A stretch of 64,000 bases of DNA from assembly GCF_964204645.1 (NCBI RefSeq), contig NC_134027.1:10014485-10078484 (forward strand). Direction: 5' to 3'. Positions 50,901 to 61,103 of the stretch are shown here, piece by piece. The notes below the pieces were generated by a model. The model was given only the letters and a program-made list of their open reading frames with translations. It was not told the DNA's origin and searched no databases. Numbering within the stretch: the stretch's first letter is position 1; each line of letters begins with the position of its first letter. The DNA comes from Tubulanus polymorphus. Taxonomy: Eukaryota > Animalia > Nemertea. A program made the position numbers and the translations under genes.

Positions 50901-53503
50901 TGTTCAGCACGTCGCCGGGAGACCGTGTCACCTATACGATCAATCCTTCGTCGCATTGTAACTCGAATCATCTCAGTTACTTCAAGTTCGTCGGTCGAAT
51001 CATCGCGAAAGCCATCTACGACAACAAACTGTTGGAATGTTACTTCACGCGATCGTTCTACAAGCATATACTCGGCGTCCTTGTCAAGTGAGTAATCTCC
51101 CTCACGGTGGCCTGGAAAATCAGGGAGTCATAAAATTCTAGAAAAAAAAAAATATATTAACTAAATCAACTATATCAAGAAATTCCTCCGGATTTACTGA
51201 GGAAATTTTGTATCATAGCATGAATAAATCGGAGAAAACTCAAATTTGTTAATTGGTGGAAAGCGGCCACCCTGTCCCTGCTGCATGTTTGGAATAACAA
51301 CTCAGTTATGATTGATATAGCTTACATGTTTAGACACAAGCACTTAGATTTTAAGTGTAAGCGAACGGATCATCTGTATTTTGTTTTTGCATTGCAGGTA
51401 TGTAGATATGGAAAGCGAAGATTATTCGTTTTACCAAGGTCTAGTTTTCCTACTGGAACACCGTGTAGAAGATCTCGGCTATGAGTTGACGTTTAGCACC
51501 GAGGTAAAATAAGAGTATATCAGGGGCCGGTTTTACAGACTGGTATTAACTTCAACCCGGGGGCTAACTCAATTCATTTTCAATCGAGTTAACCCCCGGG
51601 TTAAAGTTGTTACGAGTCTATAAAACTGGCCCCATAGTTATACATAGTAGCACATTGAACTATATACGCCCAAGTTAACTAATACGCATTGAAAACAAAA
51701 AAGCCAATGTGATGCTCAAATATCCACAGGATTGTCATTCGTCGATATTTCTTACAGATCCAAGAATTCGGCGTCACCGAAGTTCGTGACATGAAACCGA
51801 ACGGCCGACATATTCCCGTCACCGAAGAGACAAAAAAAGAATACATGAAACTCGTTTGTCAGATGAAAATGACCGGTGCCATTCGCAAACAGCTGAACGC
51901 GTTCCTCGAAGGGTTCTACGACATCATACCGAAACGTTTGATATCGATATTCAACGAACAGGAATTAGAATTGCTCATATCCGGCCTGCCGACAGTCGAC
52001 ATCGACGATCTGAAATCGAACAGCGAGTATCATAAATATCAACCGACGTCTTTGCAGGTAATGTTATACGATGATCGATATGATTGGTAGTCATTGATTC
52101 GGCCCTCCATCTGCTGGTGATGCGTTCAAAAATTGTTGGTTCTTGGGCTTCTATCTGTCTTTCAACTACTTAGCTTCATTGATAGTGGGTCGATCTACAT
52201 GAAACTTGGGTCCAATTTTAGTATGGGGGTCTAGTTGTGTAATGCAAAGAATTGGACCAGTGCACCGCTTAGTGGTAGAACTAGACACTTAAAACTCTTA
52301 TTTTTCGGTGACATAACCTTGAAGATGACCTCATAACTCAGCAACAGTATCCAAATATAGCTATTGGTACAACATATCCCAAATGCAAGGGAACTAACGC
52401 ATGGAAATTTCAGAGTTCCACATTCGAGCCTTAGCCTGTTGTCACCTTGTCATATGGCTTGTTAAATTTCAATTTAAACGAAATTCTCAATTACATTATA
52501 ATTTCAGATCCAATGGTTTTGGCGCGCGTTGAGATCATTTGATCAAGCTGATCGGGCCAGATTTCTGCAGTTCGTCACCGGAACGTCGAAAGTTCCGCTG
52601 CAAGGATTCGCGTTCCTCGAAGGCATGAACGGTATTCAGAAATTCCAGATCCATCGCGACGATCGTTCGACAGACCGTCTACCATCTGCTCATACCTGGT
52701 AGGTGACCAATTCAACACCTTCAAATTAACAATGTTCTCCGCAACAGGTTTTAGAGGAGCTGCCACTCCTTGCATTTTCACATCCACCCCTTTGAGAATC
52801 AGCCCCCTCGCATTAATGGCTGCTGCCCTACCATTTAGTGGAAGTCAATATACTATGCTGATAATTACATAAAGCAAATTAAACATATTGAGCTAATGTG
52901 AAAACTACAACATTACACCAAAAGTAAGCGTAAATTGTCCGTATTTTTCGGGGGATTTATGCCTTGCTACTTCAACAGCCATGATGTTATACATTTGACA
53001 TTGAATGCAGCCACTTTAGAATTCTATCATATGGAGAACACTGACTTAGCTGAGATGAAACCAAGTGTGAAAAGTGGCCTCTGGAGGCAAATTATCAGTA
53101 CCTGCATTCAAAAGCAATTTGGCTTAAAAATGTTTGAAAAAGTTTTTGTGTCACTGTGTCTTCTTGGAAGACAGTCAACTCAGTCATGACTGAGCGAGCC
53201 GGCTTTGTGGCTTGCTAAGTTCTGTCAATTTAATTAGGCATCCATAATTACAAAGACTGTTGAGACTGCCAAAGGTCTTGGCCGCAGTCATTTTAGGTAT
53301 GACAGTTTTCTGTTGGCTTTAATGTTGTTGGTTATTGAATCAATTGCCAGTATAAAGTAGTTACGGAACAAACTTTCATTGTTTCATTCTTGTATTTCAG
53401 TTTCAATCAGCTAGATTTACCCGCCTACGAAACTTATGACAAACTGAGAAATATGCTGTTACTGGCGATCAACGAATGTTCGGAAGGTTTCGGTCTAGCA
53501 TAA
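11962..53503 (+). CDS. HUWE1: E3 ubiquitin-protein ligase HUWE1 (ARM repeats/DUF908-DUF913, UBA, UIM, WWE, UBMs, HECT), about 70 coding exons
   Basis: Starts [15 protein letters not shown]|[11 protein letters not shown] and ends LPSAHTC|[33 protein letters not shown]. Exons read by hand (GT-AG): 11962-12006, 12097-12198, 12313-12432, 12944-13104, 13222-13300, 13390-13452, 14048-14122, 14712-14928, 15491-15742, 16111-16191, 16330-16415, 16617-16718, 17282-17543, 17800-17901, 17999-18079, 18285-18391, 18637-18906, 19099-19377, 19884-20060, 20601-20846, 23413-24044, 24525-24647, 24901-24974, 25498-25652, 25742-25864, 25982-26128, 26385-26504 (UBA), 27030-27188 (UIM), 28212-28302, 28561-28685, 28868-29020, 29283-29401, 29531-29618, 29837-29952 and 30395-30579 (WWE), 30766-30868, 31171-31411, 32014-32206, 32287-32442, 32841-33046, 33616-33843, 34211-34784, 35376-35633, 36157-36291, 36378-36559, 37067-37169, 37506-37809, 38245-38389, 38919-39039, 39210-39376, 39754-39970, 40199-40337, 40868-41172, 41611-41833, 42498-42744 and 43247-43544 (UBMs), 44098-45387, 46119-46297, 46723-46880, 47131-47297, 47645-47784, 47908-48102, 48437-48631, 49048-49269, then HECT 49982-50257, 50817-51087, 51398-51503, 51758-52057, 52508-52698, 53401-53503. 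Confidence 0.97.
12467..12600. mobile_element. PIF/Harbinger-type MITE
   Basis: CAG|GGGCCAGTTGCTTGAAAGTTGGT ... ACCAAGTTTTGAGCTACTGGACC|CTG. A partial second copy lies at about 29042-29145. Confidence 0.65.
13635..13905 (+). repeat. 186-bp tandem unit (about 1.5 copies) with a conserved hairpin
   Basis: GCACTGTATCTTGATCTCCTGTCAAAC at 13635 and 13821. Same family as 22445-22953. Confidence 0.9.
14412..14620. mobile_element. CAGGGCTGCCAAC-type MITE (hAT-like)
   Basis: CAAAGCTGCCAAC ... GTTGGCAGCCCTG. Homologous copy at 49594-49814 and a partial copy near 29641. Confidence 0.7.
16777..17137. mobile_element. CAGGGTCCCTA-TIR MITE
   Basis: CAGGGTCCCTA ... TAGGGACCCTG with internal (C)TCCTTAAAA repeats. 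Confidence 0.65.
20251..20459. mobile_element. MITE-like element with 24-bp imperfect TIRs
   Basis: CTAATGTGTATTTCAACTTGAATT ... AAGTCAAGTTGAAATAGACATTAG (2 mismatches). Confidence 0.6.
21330..21611. mobile_element. piggyBac-type MITE
   Basis: TTAA|CCCTTTCAGTGC ... GCACTGGAAGGG|TTAA: TTAA target duplication with CCC/GGG ends. Homologous copies at 33862 and 55765. Confidence 0.85.
22445..22953 (+). repeat. 186/187-bp tandem unit (about 2.7 copies) with a conserved hairpin
   Basis: GCACTGTATCTTGATCTCCTGTCAAAC at 22445, 22632 and 22818. Confidence 0.9.
27272..27565. mobile_element. CAGGGTGGCCAC-TIR MITE
   Basis: CAGGGTGGCCAC ... GTGGCCACCCCA with CAGGGAA-like subterminal repeats. Related copies or ends at about 13465, 35667-35958, 37939 and 51103-51274. 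Confidence 0.7.
31456..31554 (+). ncRNA. SNORD62: Intronic box C/D snoRNA, SNORD62(U62)-like, copy 1
   Basis: Box C ATGATGC at 31464, box D CTGA at 31544, terminal stem TTTTGCA/TGCGAAA. Guide TCAATGGATCCTT is complementary to the conserved 18S sequence GAGGAUCCAUUGG. Internal hairpin CACACC/GGTGTG, C' ATGAGTGA. Confidence 0.85.
33259..33357 (+). ncRNA. SNORD62: Intronic box C/D snoRNA, SNORD62-like, copy 2
   Basis: Near-identical to copy 1. CTGA at 33347, stem TTTTGCA/TGCGAAA, in intron 33047-33615. Confidence 0.85.
33862..34126. mobile_element. piggyBac-type MITE, copy 2
   Basis: TTAA|CCCTTTCAGTGC ... GTACTGATAGGA|TTAA, with internal homology to the 21330 copy. Confidence 0.8.
36791..36895 (+). 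ncRNA. SNORD62: Intronic box C/D snoRNA, SNORD62-like, copy 3
   Basis: Same boxes and guide, with a different 10-bp terminal stem ATATATTGCA/TGCGATATAT. Substitutions fall mainly in the internal hairpin loop. Confidence 0.85.
38415..38517 (+). ncRNA. SNORD62: Intronic box C/D snoRNA, SNORD62-like, copy 4
   Basis: Same boxes and guide. CTGA at 38506, stem GCAC(tt)CGCA/TGCGGTGT. Confidence 0.85.
40027..40105 (+). ncRNA. SNORD55: Intronic box C/D snoRNA, SNORD55(U55/U39)-like, copy 1
   Basis: Box C ATGATGA at 40032, box D CTGA at 40099. D guide CACCTTGGAGA is complementary to the conserved 28S sequence UCUCCAAGGUG. The 5' part ATGATGATCAACTCG resembles the recalled human U55 start ATGATGACAACTCG. 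Confidence 0.85.
40385..40476 (+). ncRNA. SNORD55: Intronic box C/D snoRNA, SNORD55-like, copy 2
   Basis: Box C ATGATGA at 40397, box D CTGA at 40465, identical guide, perfect 8-bp terminal stem AAGTTGCA/TGCAACTT. It lies in the next intron after copy 1. Confidence 0.87.
42227..42370. mobile_element. PIF/Harbinger-type MITE
   Basis: CTG|GGGCCAGTTGCACAGT ... ACTATGCAACCTGCCC|CTG with a 3-bp CTG TSD. An inverted copy lies at 60845-60988. Confidence 0.7.
49594..49814. mobile_element. CAGGGCTGCCAAC-type MITE, copy 2
   Basis: AATAAA|CAGAGCCGCCAAC ... ATTGGCAGCCTTG|AATAAA. Confidence 0.7.
50403..50740. mobile_element. Tc1/pogo-type MITE (TA TSD)
   Basis: TA|CGGTAGACTCTGCTTGCCTCGGA ... TCCGAATTAAGCGGGTTTGACTG|TA. 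Confidence 0.55.
51521..51633. mobile_element. Palindromic Harbinger-type MITE
   Basis: GGGGCCGGTTTTACAGACT...AACCCGGGGGCTAACTC / GAGTTAACCCCCGGGTT...AGTCTATAAAACTGGCCCC; almost fully self-complementary. Confidence 0.7.
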
Positions 53504-54033
53504 CTGATGAATCTTCATTCATTCACCGAACACCCACCCTGCTAAATGCAACCAATAATGACAGCGGATCTTCACCAATCTTCGACTTAAATCATTTCTT
53601 TCAAGTTTCGCGTTCTTGAAATAAGTGGTTGATCAAACTGTTCTTATGTTGTGTGTGCGGTCGTCATTTATGAGCCGGTTAAAATGATTAAGTGATATTT
53701 TTCAAACGATATGTGACGGATGCGAAATATACACCGGTATGATTGCTGTACAATTCTAGCTGTGAAAAGTTAAAAACTGAAAAATAGTAGTGTAAGTGGA
53801 AAAGATACGCGTTATCTACGCCAGGTGTTGGTTTCGTAGACAGGTTATTGGCTATTAAGTAACCTTGGTCCCTCGTCTAGACAATAACTACAGAGTAAAA
53901 GTAGTAATATGACCTAGTAACAGTAGTAATATTATAAGCGATATTACTGACGAGAACCTATGGAAATATTTGATTCGTAGAATGCGCAGGTCTACTATGG
54001 TCTCTGAAACCGGGCCTTGGTAGTTTGATTATA

Positions 54034-54271
54034 CAGTCAAAGCTCGTTATCGCGTCTCTTGTTTAACACCAAATTAACCTTACACCTGGTAATCAATCAC
54101 CCAGGCAAGATCTGATCATCCTGTAACGAAATGTTCTGTGATTAATCATAGACTATTCTGACCTTGTTGATCGTGCATGGGCCATATCGCGTAATACGAT
54201 GTTCTGCCAATTCGTTTTACCGCCATATTTTCATAGGGCCCAAATGTTGATGTTATAATGATATTTGACTG
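54034..54271. mobile_element. pogo/Tigger-type MITE in the probable HUWE1 3' UTR
   Basis: TA|CAGTCAAAGCTCGTTATC ... GTTATAATGATATTTGACTG|TA. Confidence 0.6.
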
Positions 54272-54940
54272 TATCGCGTTATGACGTCGTGAATGTTCGT
54301 TTGCTCAAGTTCCGCTTTTTGATTTCGTTGCATTATCGAAATTTCGACTTATCTGACATGTACATAATATAAAACTGTAAATAACACGGTAATGTAAGAA
54401 CCTAGCGACGAGACCTGTATGAAAACGTGTACATTTTAGACCGAAAGTGGCTGTTTTGCAGTGTGCTGTGCGTTATGATTTCAAATTCTGGTAAAACTTA
54501 AAAGAGTTATTGAATGGTGTTAGTTCGAAATGAATGAAAACATATAGAATTCGATGTTGCCGTCATATCGTCTGATTTTGATTCGACTTGAATATGTGCT
54601 GATTTGTGTGACTGGTTCCAGCGTCACCGAAAATTAAAAAGAAAAAGATTGATTGTCGTTTTCAATTTTCAACGACTTGAAGGATAAGAACTAAAACCTT
54701 TCCGTGCTACTATTCATATATATATAATTGTATGTATCAGTCTCTGTAAAAATATGAATAATAGCGCTTTAATCGATGATGATCATACAAAAGTTCAGTA
54801 GGAAATTTGTGTGCGAAGTGTATTTTTTTGTTTTTTAGAAAAATGCATCTAGCTTTATTTTGATAACCGTAAGATGCATTTTTTTTTCGAAACAAATTCG
54901 CTTGCACGAAATTAATGAAAACAAAAATGTGCTTAACCAC

Positions 54941-54957
54941 TAATAATAATAATAATG

Positions 54958-55006
<49 letters not shown>

Positions 55007-55031
55007 TATTGATAATAATAATGATGATGAT
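54941..55031. repeat. (AAT)n microsatellite
   Basis: About 20 near-perfect TAA units, then a degenerate AAT/GAT tail. Confidence 0.95.
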
Positions 55032-55764
55032 ACTAGATACTATTGACGGTAATTAAAATGACAATGATTTCTGTGAAATGTACTGTACTATATTTCGTGA
55101 TGGGTTTCGCTTTTTTCAGCCGCGTGTGTTGATTATATATAAGATGATAAGCTGTACATAATTCTACGCTTCTTTTTTCTGTGTTCAAACAAATACATAT
55201 GGATATATACGTGTATGTATATGCCATTGACTATATTTTCTAGAAAAGAAAAAGTTGTTAAGCTTCGTGAAATGCGTGATTTAAATGCTTGGAAACGTTC
55301 AGGTTTTATGTATGGCAAAAACCTCTTGTAAGCGTCGGAAGTATTTCGTTTTGTTCGTTTTTTTTTTTGTCCAGTATCTTCTTTATAGACGAAGTTTAGG
55401 TGTATTAGATATTTGATGTATGTATGTGCTCGTGTAAGCTTTATTTAAGCTTTATTTAAGCCATTGATGTGACAGTCGATGGGCCAGTTATATAACCAGG
55501 TCCCACTTCTACGGTTGTTAGTTATAGGTTTAATGTATGAGGAGTTGAATTTAGTATGCATTTCATTCAAAGTTTGACTTAAGATCGGTCTGGAACTGGG
55601 GCCGGTTTGTTTATTGAGTTCTTACATCAGTTTGGTGAAAATAGCCGTAAGTCTAAAAAGTAACTGTTAACTGTTGTCGTTACGAAATACAGAAAAATTT
55701 CACGATTTCTCAGGCGCTTATTTCGGCCTCGTGTCTAGTTCTGAAACTGTGGTTTAGATTTCAA

Positions 55765-56039
55765 CCCTTTCAGTGCAATTACACTGTAGTGCGGTGTATA
55801 AAGCAGCGATCGACTTTGCTAGTACATCGCATAACGGTCTATTGATGTAATTAGTTTTCATCTCTTTTGTAAGATGGCAGCACCTGTCTAGCATAGTAAA
55901 ATATTAGTGACTTACAACAATACACCGCACCACAGTGTAGATACCCTATAGCAGTATCCCCGTGATTCAACACACTGCGGTGGAGATTATCAAATTACCT
56001 CCAGTGCTAACGGATATTAATAAGTCGGCGATGAAAGGG
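55765..56039. mobile_element. piggyBac-type MITE, copy 3 (opposite orientation)
   Basis: CCCTTTCAGTGC ... GATGAAAGGG. The interior is the reverse complement of the 21330 copy, and the TSD has decayed (TCAA/TTGA). Confidence 0.75.
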
Positions 56040-56418
56040 TTGATGTTAAACAATTTAATGTCGTCAACCGCAGTTCTAAATCTCAGTTCACAGTTTTTTA
56101 GTCAATTGCCAGAATGATCGTATAAATTGAGCAGCGCAATGTCCATCGATTAGGCTTTACTCGGAACTGGCCGTGGAGATGAACCAGATGCTGCTTTCCC
56201 TGAATGAACCGGGTGAAGTGTCGCGTGTTGAAATGCTGCTATTACAAATGTAAATTCGGTTTAAAAAATTTGATACTGTGATCTACTGCACACTGAGTGC
56301 ATTGTATGGTCTAGTATTTTTATGATGCAGTTATTTGTTAGTAGTATAAATCAGTGTGTAGCACAACAACAAAAATAATTTTCAAACTTTCACGTGAAAA
56401 AAAAGATGATATTTACTC

Positions 56419-56676
56419 CAGGGTCCGATCTAAGCACTTGTCCGATTGCCCGGGACAAGTTTATTCTCTTCAGGGCAAGTAGGTTATCATTATCACTTGC
56501 CCCCCGGGCTAGTGCAATTTTATGTCACAAAACTTTTTTCCCACTCGATACAACAGATGATAGTGCCACCAATTGGACTGCCTGTGTAGGGCAAGTAGTT
56601 TTTGGGAGGGGGCAAGCAAAATTTCAGATATGCTTGCCCCCGGGCAAGTGGCTTTCATTCCTTAGATCGGACCCTG
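56419..56676. mobile_element. MITE with perfect 16-bp TIRs and a 6-bp TSD
   Basis: TTACTC|CAGGGTCCGATCTAAG ... CTTAGATCGGACCCTG|TTACTC, with internal (C)GGGCAAG/CTTGCCC subterminal repeats. Confidence 0.85.
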
Positions 56677-56817
56677 TTACTCATCAGGCTCGATTGAGCA
56701 ATGCTCAGTTGAGCCAATACTTCTAGAAAATCACATAGTTAGGCACTAGTAAAGTTATATCTGGGTTTTAAATATACCATTTTTTCACATCTATCGGTTA
56801 CATTTCTTTCTATCCCT

Positions 56818-56930
56818 GATGATATATCGATGATGATGTTGATGATGATGATTGTTGTAAGATAATTTACTTAATGATGATGAAGATGATGATGTGTTGG
56901 TGAAGATGATGAATATATTATGATAATGAT
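56818..56930. repeat. Degenerate (GAT)n simple repeat
   Basis: Interrupted GATGATGAT tracts. Confidence 0.6.
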
Positions 56931-58289
56931 GTTTGCGTTATTACTATGACAACAATAAAAACCAATTACTATGGTTCCATAAAAAAAGCTGTAGGTGTGT
57001 TCATTTTGATGGTGGGTGATATTTTATTCGAGATGACGAGCAACAGAGACAGTGCGTTCATTATACGAGACGTCATAGAATGTTACATTGGCTATAGAGC
57101 GCAAGCGGCTAAAGGAGTAAAACTGTGTCACGATTGCCCGTTGACGTTGGTCAGTATCGAGATTCGATTCACATTGATCTTGATCTTAGAATAGGTATTG
57201 ACCGTGTTATCTATTCGATGGGTAGATTTCGTTTGAGTCGGTGGTCCCTTACAAACCACACCTGCCGGGAGCAAAACAGAGGGTTTGATTCATCGATCTT
57301 AGTATCTCCTCTAAAGCTTGAATCATTACACGGGCGCCAGATTTATCGCTGGTTCAACGGGCACTGGCCCCTTTGGTACCAGTCTGAAAGTTATGCTCGG
57401 GAGTAAGATCCATAGCCATCCATAAATCTTGTCGATTTAACCCTACCATCACATCAACGGAAGTTAAATTGCATCACTTGGCACCGGTCAGTTCGTCGTT
57501 GTACCATACGCTCCAATTGTCTTGAAATGACGCCCTCATTAAGAATTTTAACAAACAGTACCGACCGTGCGTCGGCAAAATGGACGGCTCTTTAAGCACT
57601 GACTATATATTGATTAAAAGAAACATCACCTATTGAATTAATCTGTTTCAACTAACCAGATCACGATATTTCAAAATCTCATACATGTCTTCCCTATATA
57701 ACGAAAATAAATACTTATGAGCGCTGATCACCGTAAAATAGTTAACTCGCTAAATCGATCGGTGCTCGGAACTGAAAAGTTATGTCATGACATATTTGAA
57801 TTGTTTTTCGCCCAAGTTGGGTATTATCATTCGGCGCAGTAATCCAAAAATTATGGCTATTCGGAGCATGAATCTTTTACTTAATGCCCGTTAGAAGTTA
57901 AGATCTTTTCGCGGCCCTTCTAGTAGTTTAATCTCAGATAATTTGAGATAATCAAAATGAGTATTGTGACATATGTGCCAAACAAATACTATTGATAAGG
58001 CCTTATAGTACTGTGACAATCAACTCAATTAGACATTTTGTGATTTCACAAGGTAACTTTTGACGCAGACTTTACTAGGTATATCGTGGCATAGGATAAT
58101 TAAAAAAGCATCGACGACCTTCTATGTGTTGACTTTGTTATGATATATGCGATAAGCGGGTATGCGTAATAATGTGATCTAATCTTTTTAAATATCAAAC
58201 GAAAGTTCTGGAAGAACTGTCATTTTGTATATAGAAGATATATTAAATTGTGCATTTTTTCGAGGAGATAACACTCAACATCTATCGCA

Positions 58290-59124
58290 ATGGAGACCAC
58301 TCGATTTACAGCCATTTACGTTTATTCGATGGTTTTGTTTGCGTCAACCGGTGGATTCATTTTTGGCTACAACACGGGTACCATGTCCGGAGCGATGATC
58401 TACATCGTGAATGAATTTGATCTCGACACATTTTGGACCGAACTAATAGTGGCAGTGGCAGCCAGTTCGGCCGCTCTGTCCTCGTTCTTGGCCGGACACC
58501 TGAACGATCTTTTGGGTCGCAAACCAACGGCGATTATCAGCAGCTTTATCTGTACGGTGGGGCCCATTCTCAGTGCAGTGGCCCCTGATAGATACTCTCT
58601 GTTGGCCGGACGTATCATCGTTGGAGCTGGAATAGGTAAGGATAAGACAGTGGATGGGTTCGATAACTGTGAGGTATAGAATTTGACTCATAGTTTCCGA
58701 GTTTGATTTAATTTTCAATCAATTCAATTGAAGCCTTGATTTTTCTACTAATCGAATTTTACCCTGGCTTTGGCCAAGTTCTGTAACTAGGGCCAGTTTC
58801 AGGAAAATATTGAAAATATTCTGTTAAATAAATTTGCCATCCAGCTGTTTCCCTGCAAAATTCGAATGCTAGGGCCCCGTGCATATCTCTGTAGTCAGTT
58901 ACCCATTAAATTCGGATACGATATCGTTATTTCAGCATCTTCGCATATATACACTTTACTTCAGGGATGGTAACTGTAACTTCACCAGTCTACATAGCGG
59001 AGTCAACCCCACTCAGATTGCGGGGCCGGGTTACTACGATGTACACCGTGTTCCTTACAATGGGCCAATTTGTTGCTGCTGTTATTAGTGGTGTCTTTAG
59101 TTTTAATGAACAGAATGGCTGGCG
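58290..59124 (+). CDS. SLC2A13: Sugar porter (MFS), proton myo-inositol cotransporter-like; first two coding exons only, gene presumably continues beyond the window
   Basis: Exon 58290-58635 (GGFIFGYNTGTMSGA...LNDLLGRKP...LLAGRIIVGAGIG) splices to 58965-59124 (GMVTVTSPVYIAESTPLRLRG...GQFVAAVISGVFS...NGWR). These are canonical sugar-porter motifs. The subfamily call is from motif recall. Confidence 0.8.
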
Positions 59125-60378
59125 GTAAGTCAACGAAAGAGTCGAACACTCTTATCGCAACTGTAGAAAAAGTCCTACAATAGCATTTTAAGTGATAAAC
59201 TTTTATTAGAATGTAACTAAAATGTTCCGGCTGTTGATGCAGTTCAGCCTTATTTAGAGGGATGATATTGCATTCTATAACGTGTGAGGCCTGCTGGTGG
59301 TCAACGGACGATACGTCGTGGTTTTATCGCATGATTCTATTGTGCGGATCTAGTTTAAATCATTTAACTCTACCCATCCGCGCATTCCAAACCGAAGTTA
59401 AGTATAATCAAATCAGATTGAAGGTCAGTCGAAGGGTAAGCCATCAGCGACCTGTTGCTGCAGTGTCCCGAGTATGTTTTTAGAGCCGGCCCATGGCTTT
59501 TCAAATATCTCCACATTTTTCGGCATTGTCAATACTTTTGTTCGGTCCGTTTTTACTGAAAGTCTAGATATTTTATTCAAATGCCCAACGATCGACTAGG
59601 TGGGGGCGTTAAGTGTATATTGCTTTTAAATGAAAGATTCTCCGCCCAGCCTGCGCTGCTCGGGAGCTGAATACCATGCAGTCGTTGTACGAGTTATTGT
59701 TTGGGACCAACGGTTACTAAACTAAATTTAGACTGTTCGAGCTGGAGTAGAACTGGCTTACGGGCACCGTATAGTTTGAAGAAGAATCTTAAGATCACGG
59801 TAATAACAAAAAATATGAAGTAGTTGAAATTTATTCAATTTCTTTCCCTCGGGCATCGGACCGCCACGCCGGGGCCGCAGGCGCGGGAAACACCGTATCG
59901 TTCGGCCATGCCTTTGTTGTTCGGTAATTCGACACTATTCCATAGAACTCAAATCAAATTTGATTTTAGTTCTATGACTATTCTAAAGGAGCACTGTTTA
60001 AAAACAAATTTGTCGGCCATTACGAAAGTAATCTTGTCTACTTGGGAAAGCACTCGGGTGACGGATCTAAGCATGATTCAACAAGATACTTTTTCTACTC
60101 ATCCTAGTTCTAATTCAAGTTCTAGTTTATTTCATGAAGAGCAAAAATGTCAAAGATATTAAAATACCGTATGCCTTATATAAAATCTACAAGGTATTTT
60201 ATTCGGATAGATTACGGAATTGTCCGCCAGCCCGCCTTTTATTCGTAGCAATAAAATCGTAGATTTTACATTGACTTTGACCCGTCGACATATTTAATAG
60301 GCGGCGTTGTCGCCGATCCGATAATTCATTCTGGAACTTGACAGCTAGGGATTGATGTCTGTCTGCAGAGTTTCCAGA

Positions 60379-60436
60379 ACCTGTCATGTCAGGTCTTAAG
60401 ACCTGACATGACAGGTCTGACCTGTCATGTCAGGTC
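60379..60436. repeat. Perfect 38-bp palindrome plus a third arm copy
   Basis: ACCTGTCATGTCAGGTCTT|AAGACCTGACATGACAGGT (60379-60416), followed by GACCTGTCATGTCAGGTC (60419-60436). Confidence 0.9.
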
Positions 60437-60844
60437 CCGAAAAAACCCAAACTCATGACAATATTTGACGAAACGGCGAAATATCTAGGCATGTGCTAGA
60501 CGAATGGAAGAACATTTTGAGTTGAATGAATATTCTGACCCGTCGTTAATATCGAAAATGATTCAACAATAACGATAAGGAAAATGTTCTGACAAATGAT
60601 TCATTTGAAAGGTTGATTTATAAGAAGAAAATATTTATGTGTAAACTATGACTTATTTCTGTATTAAAGGGAAAAAATAAGTTTCAGGCATAGATGAATT
60701 GATTAATGTAGAAGTAAGAGCACATTATAAGAGAATATTTTCGCTAGATGAATCGAGGTCTTGATATTTCGTTTCCGCAATAAGACACTGAAAATTATCT
60801 GCTCACTATCACAGCTCGGCAACACTCCTCACTGTCCTGAAGTC

Positions 60845-60988
60845 CTGGGCCCAGTTCCATAGTCATGGCTTAGACTTAAGACCAATCTAAGACCATCTTA
60901 GTACTATAACCAATCTAACAACTTAAGACCAGTCTTAAAATTTGAGACCATTTTTTGACTTAAATCTCAACTGAGGAACCAGCCCCTG
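60845..60988. mobile_element. PIF/Harbinger-type MITE (inverted copy of the 42227 element)
   Basis: CTG|GGCCCAGTTCCATAGTCATGGCTTAGACTTAAGACC ... GGAACCAGCCC|CTG. Confidence 0.7.
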
Positions 60989-61103
60989 AAGTCTCACTAT
61001 TTACATTCATTGTCTTTATGATGTACATGTAAAAGAGCCGAATGCACTATAGAGACTGATTTTATTGAGACTGATTTTAAATCAACTCATCAATTTAAAG
61101 CAT

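Larger units (their letters stand above)
49982..53503 (+). other. HUWE1: HECT catalytic domain exons of HUWE1
   Basis: [67 protein letters not shown] and PSAHTCFNQLDLP. The catalytic Cys codon is split by the last intron (TG|T). Confidence 0.95.

Noticed and set aside
11962-53503. let-7/miR-98 hairpins expected from vertebrate HUWE1 introns
   Set aside because: No TGAGGTAGTA mature sequence was found by eye. GAGGTAGTG near 41366 has no further match or hairpin.
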